This document shows positions 6,178 to 7,528 of a stretch of DNA of 7,528 nucleotides, one piece after another. The number at the start of each line of letters is the position of its first letter. Positions within the stretch are counted from its first letter, which is position 1. The position numbers and the translations under genes were made by a program. The notes beneath the pieces are model-generated. The model was given only the letters and a program-made list of their open reading frames with translations. It was not told the origin of the DNA and did no database searches. The stretch is from an uncultured Gammaproteobacteria bacterium (GTDB taxonomy: Bacteria > Patescibacteriota > Patescibacteriia > UBA2591 > UBA6264), in the NCBI GenBank assembly GCA_964617525.1, contig CAZTWG010000022.1:1-7528 (forward strand), given 5' to 3'.

Positions 6178-6216
6178 ATTGCCCGCCTGCTTCCCAAAGC
6201 GAGGATGGCTTGGCAG
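6178..6216 (-). repeat. Right arm of the 39-nt GC-rich inverted repeat
   Basis: ATTGCCCGCCTGCTTCCCAAAGCGAGGATGGCTTGGCAG starts 2 nt after the stop of the 974-aa ORF and is the inverted partner of 2921-2959 (33/39). It can also fold on itself (CCCGC...GCGGG, 6182-6220) and is followed by a second small hairpin (CTGGGATTATCCCTCAG, 6222-6238). No U-tract follows. Confidence 0.85.
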
Positions 6217-6278
6217 CGGGACTGGGATTATCCCTCAGGATCGTTAACGAAAAAGGTTAGAATTTCATTCAAATAATA

Positions 6279-6340
6279 CCGCCATTAAACTTTGCTTGAT
6301 TGGCTATATGCACTACACTTATATACTTAAAATTTTAAAA
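6279..6340 (+). repeat. Right copy of the imperfect direct repeat (att-like)
   Basis: CCGCCATTAAAC, then a 5-nt spacer, then TTGATTGGCTATATGCACTACACTTATATACTTAAAATTTTAAAA. See the left copy at 2584-2657. Only CCGCCA of the tRNA is duplicated; the sequence just upstream (GGTTAGAATTTC, 6255-6266) only faintly recalls a T-arm. Confidence 0.85.
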
Positions 6341-6346
6341 TATTGA
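6308..6346 (+). pseudogene. 12-codon stub of a second GIY-YIG gene copy
   Basis: ATG 6308 encodes MHYTYILKILKY and then TGA (6344-6346). This is the same N-terminus as the 2625 copy. Weak colinear similarity continues: TTGAAAT at 2694 vs 6343 and ATATTTwCCAyTG at 2747 vs 6395, with spacing 53 vs 52 nt. That implies a decayed paralogue with a roughly 34-nt deletion. Confidence 0.5.
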
Positions 6347-6634
6347 AATTGTAAATTAGTGGTGAGTTTTGAGTAAAATTTTGTATGAACCAATATATTT
6401 TCCACTGCCTCTGGTTAATGTGGAACCAAAACAGATAAATTTTCTTTTTCTTTTAAAAGGAAATTTATCTATTTTAACGTTTTGCTATTTATAAAATTAT
6501 AGAAACATTTTCCTATAATAATTTTATTTTTATTATTGTTCATTTTTTAAAAATTTTTATTGAAAGTATTTTTAATTATTTTGTTGCTATTATGAATTTT
6601 TTGATAAATTTATCTTATCGTTAAACTAAATAAC

Positions 6635-6663
6635 TTGACAAATACCCCATGGGGGTATATAAT
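6635..6663 (+). promoter_or_regulatory. Sigma-70-type promoter, TTGACA - 17 nt - TATAAT
   Basis: TTGACA at 6635-6640 and TATAAT at 6658-6663, with an exact 17-nt spacer, about 30 nt upstream of the ATG at 6693. Both hexamers match consensus. Confidence 0.7.
6642..6658. promoter_or_regulatory. Palindromic operator candidate ATACCCC-ATG-GGGGTAT overlapping the promoter spacer and -10
   Basis: Perfect 7-bp inverted repeat (6642-6648 and 6652-6658) around a 3-nt centre. The C/G tract flanked by AT-rich arms is the architecture described for CsoR/RcnR-family operators, and it sits directly upstream of a gene of that family. Confidence 0.6.
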
Positions 6664-6692
6664 GAAATTATATAATTTGAAAAATAAACATT

Positions 6693-6941
6693 ATGAGAAA
6701 AAACACAATAACTCAACGTTTAAACATCATTAAAGGTCAAATGGATGGACTAGCCAATCTTATCCAAAAAAAAGAAGATTGTCATAAAATAACAGAACAA
6801 TTTTATGCAATCAACGTTGGTTTAAAAAAAGTGATTGAAATGTATTTTAATGACAATTTATCTTTATGCACGAAATCTCTCAACCCTAAAAAAAGAAAAA
6901 CTATTGAGTTTTTATTAAAAGAAATAATTAAAAATAAATAA
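6693..6941 (+). CDS. CsoR/RcnR/FrmR-family (DUF156) transcriptional repressor
   Basis: 82 aa. RLNIIKGQMDGLANLIQKKEDCHKITEQFYAINVGLKKV matches by eye the family pattern RL.ri.GQ..g...mi.....C.d...Q..A...al..v. Cys30 and Cys59 occupy the X and Z ligand positions, and Asn55 sits where CsoR has His. Confidence 0.8.
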   Translation: MRKNTITQRLNIIKGQMDGLANLIQKKEDCHKITEQFYAINVGLKKVIEMYFNDNLSLCTKSLNPKKRKTIEFLLKEIIKNK

Positions 6942-6974
6942 TTAAGATAATTAATAATTAATAAAATTTAAATT

Positions 6975-7304
6975 ATGTTGAAAACAATTGAAGTAACAAA
7001 TACAAATTTTGAGGAAGAAGTTATAAAATCTGATTTGCCTGTTTTGGTAGATTTTTGGGCACCTTGGTGTCAGCCCTGTTTAATGATGGCACCCGTCTTA
7101 GAAGAACTCTCAGAAGAATTAGACGGTAAGTTGAAAATCTGTAAATTAAATACTGAAATTTCTGAAAATCAGCAATTGGCCGTGCAATATCAAATTCAAA
7201 GTATTCCTAATATGAAGCTTTTTAAGAATGGCAAGGTAGTAAAAGAATTTATTGGTCTTAGACCAAAGGATACTTTCAAGGCTGAGCTAGAGTTAGAGCT
7301 TTAA
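6975..7304 (+). CDS. trxA: Thioredoxin
   Basis: 109 aa. VLVDFWAPWCQPC...SIPNMKLFKNGK is the classic thioredoxin fold signature, including the cis-Pro motif (IPN in place of the usual IPT). The active site reads WCQPC (nt 7065-7079) rather than WCGPC. Confidence 0.9.
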   Translation: MLKTIEVTNTNFEEEVIKSDLPVLVDFWAPWCQPCLMMAPVLEELSEELDGKLKICKLNTEISENQQLAVQYQIQSIPNMKLFKNGKVVKEFIGLRPKDTFKAELELEL

Positions 7305-7331
7305 TTTCTCTAAAAACATAACAACAAATAT

Positions 7332-7528
7332 ATGGCGAACAAAATATTTATTGACATAGATAAAAGATTGGATGAAATCAAGAAACTCGAGAATTTGACC
7401 AATCAACAAGTTAGACTATTATCTACAGCAAAAAAAATTAATCGAAAAAGCTTAAAAATAGGTGATAAAAAAATACCAGCTTGGCGTATTCTTTTTAATG
7501 ACGCTTTAGGCCCTGGGAAAGGTGGCAT
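7332..7528 (+). CDS. Glu/Leu/Phe/Val dehydrogenase family protein (probable glutamate dehydrogenase), 3-prime truncated by window end
   Basis: ATG 7332 is open to the window end: MANKIFIDIDKRLDEIKKLENLTNQQVRLLSTAKKINRKSLKIGDKKIPAWRILFNDALGPGKGG. The A(W/Y)R..hN.ALGP.KGG segment is the conserved N-terminal catalytic-Lys region of this family. It is absent from the ORF track because it has no stop in the window. Confidence 0.7.
   Translation, partial: MANKIFIDIDKRLDEIKKLENLTNQQVRLLSTAKKINRKSLKIGDKKIPAWRILFNDALGPGKGG

Larger units (their letters stand above)
2590..6278 (+). mobile_element. Putative tRNA-Ser-adjacent genomic islet / cargo cassette (no recombinase gene in the window)
   Basis: Begins directly after the tRNA 3-prime end and is bounded by the 2584-2657 and 6279-6340 direct repeats. 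The core (about 2791-6255) is visibly GC-richer than both flanks. It carries regulator-plus-large-ATPase cargo and internal inverted repeats. No integrase, transposase or excisionase ORF appears in any frame, so current mobility is unproven. Confidence 0.5.

Noticed and set aside
6178-6250. Integron attC site downstream of the large ORF (imperfect hairpin plus GTTAAC at 6243-6248)
   Set aside because: No RYYYAAC or GTTRRRY core sites sit at the hairpin boundaries. There is no integron integrase or attI in the window. The partner copy is in inverted orientation upstream, rather than forming a cassette array.
6177-6260. In-frame extension after the TAG stop of the 974-aa ORF (27 more codons to TAG 6258-6260), suggesting stop-codon readthrough or recoding
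   Set aside because: TAG also terminates the first host gene and the HTH gene in this window. The extension coincides with the inverted-repeat hairpin and has no protein-like features.
6255-6284. Decayed duplicate of the tRNA-Ser 3-prime half (GGTTAGAATTTC vs T-arm GGTTCGAATCCC) upstream of the repeated CCGCCA
   Set aside because: Only about 8 of 12 positions match and a 5-nt indel is needed to reach CCGCCA. In AT-rich sequence this is too weak to call. It is mentioned only as a possibility consistent with an att-site duplication.
2584-6340. CRISPR array or alternative genetic code as an explanation for the repeats or the broken ORFs
   Set aside because: The repeats are few, long and irregularly spaced, with no short-repeat/spacer periodicity. 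All long ORFs are intact under the standard code, and TGA, TAA and TAG are all used as stops. There is therefore no sign of UGA or UAG reassignment.
6433-6470. AT-only inverted repeat AGATAAATTT ... AAATTTATCT followed by a T-rich stretch (possible intrinsic terminator)
   Set aside because: The stem is 10 bp with almost no G-C pairs and an 18-nt loop, and no intact gene ends just upstream. Such palindromes are common by chance in AT-rich spacers.

Overview
AT-rich bacterial segment; every credible gene is on the + strand. Hand counts on single 60-nt lines give about 23% GC in a host gene and about 50% GC inside the insert. Left: two envelope-glycan membrane proteins (Wzx/MOP-like flippase, 5-prime partial; O-antigen-ligase/Wzy_C-like), followed directly by tRNA-Ser(CGA) at 2499-2589. 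Right: a consensus TTGACA-17-TATAAT promoter carrying a 7-3-7 palindrome, a CsoR/RcnR-family repressor, a thioredoxin with a CQPC site, and the start of a Glu/Leu/Phe/Val dehydrogenase. Between them (about 2590-6340) is a compositionally foreign insert with no recombinase gene. It holds a truncated GIY-YIG nuclease gene, a 169-nt GC-rich non-coding block, a frame-disrupted XRE-type HTH gene and a 974-aa ORF. I read that ORF as two tandem copies of a roughly 340-aa GHKL (Bergerat-fold) ATPase module plus a C-terminal HExxH zincin-like tail. The insert is bounded by imperfect direct repeats made of the tRNA 3-prime tip plus the GIY-YIG 5-prime end (2584-2657 vs 6279-6340), with a possible third degenerate copy at 2998. 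The HTH-ATPase pair is bracketed by a 39-nt GC-rich inverted repeat (2921-2959 vs 6178-6216). The HTH plus tandem-GHKL-peptidase pair is the best candidate for an undescribed conflict/defence or element-maintenance system, but its function is inference only. All family calls rest on motif recognition by eye; no searches were run.
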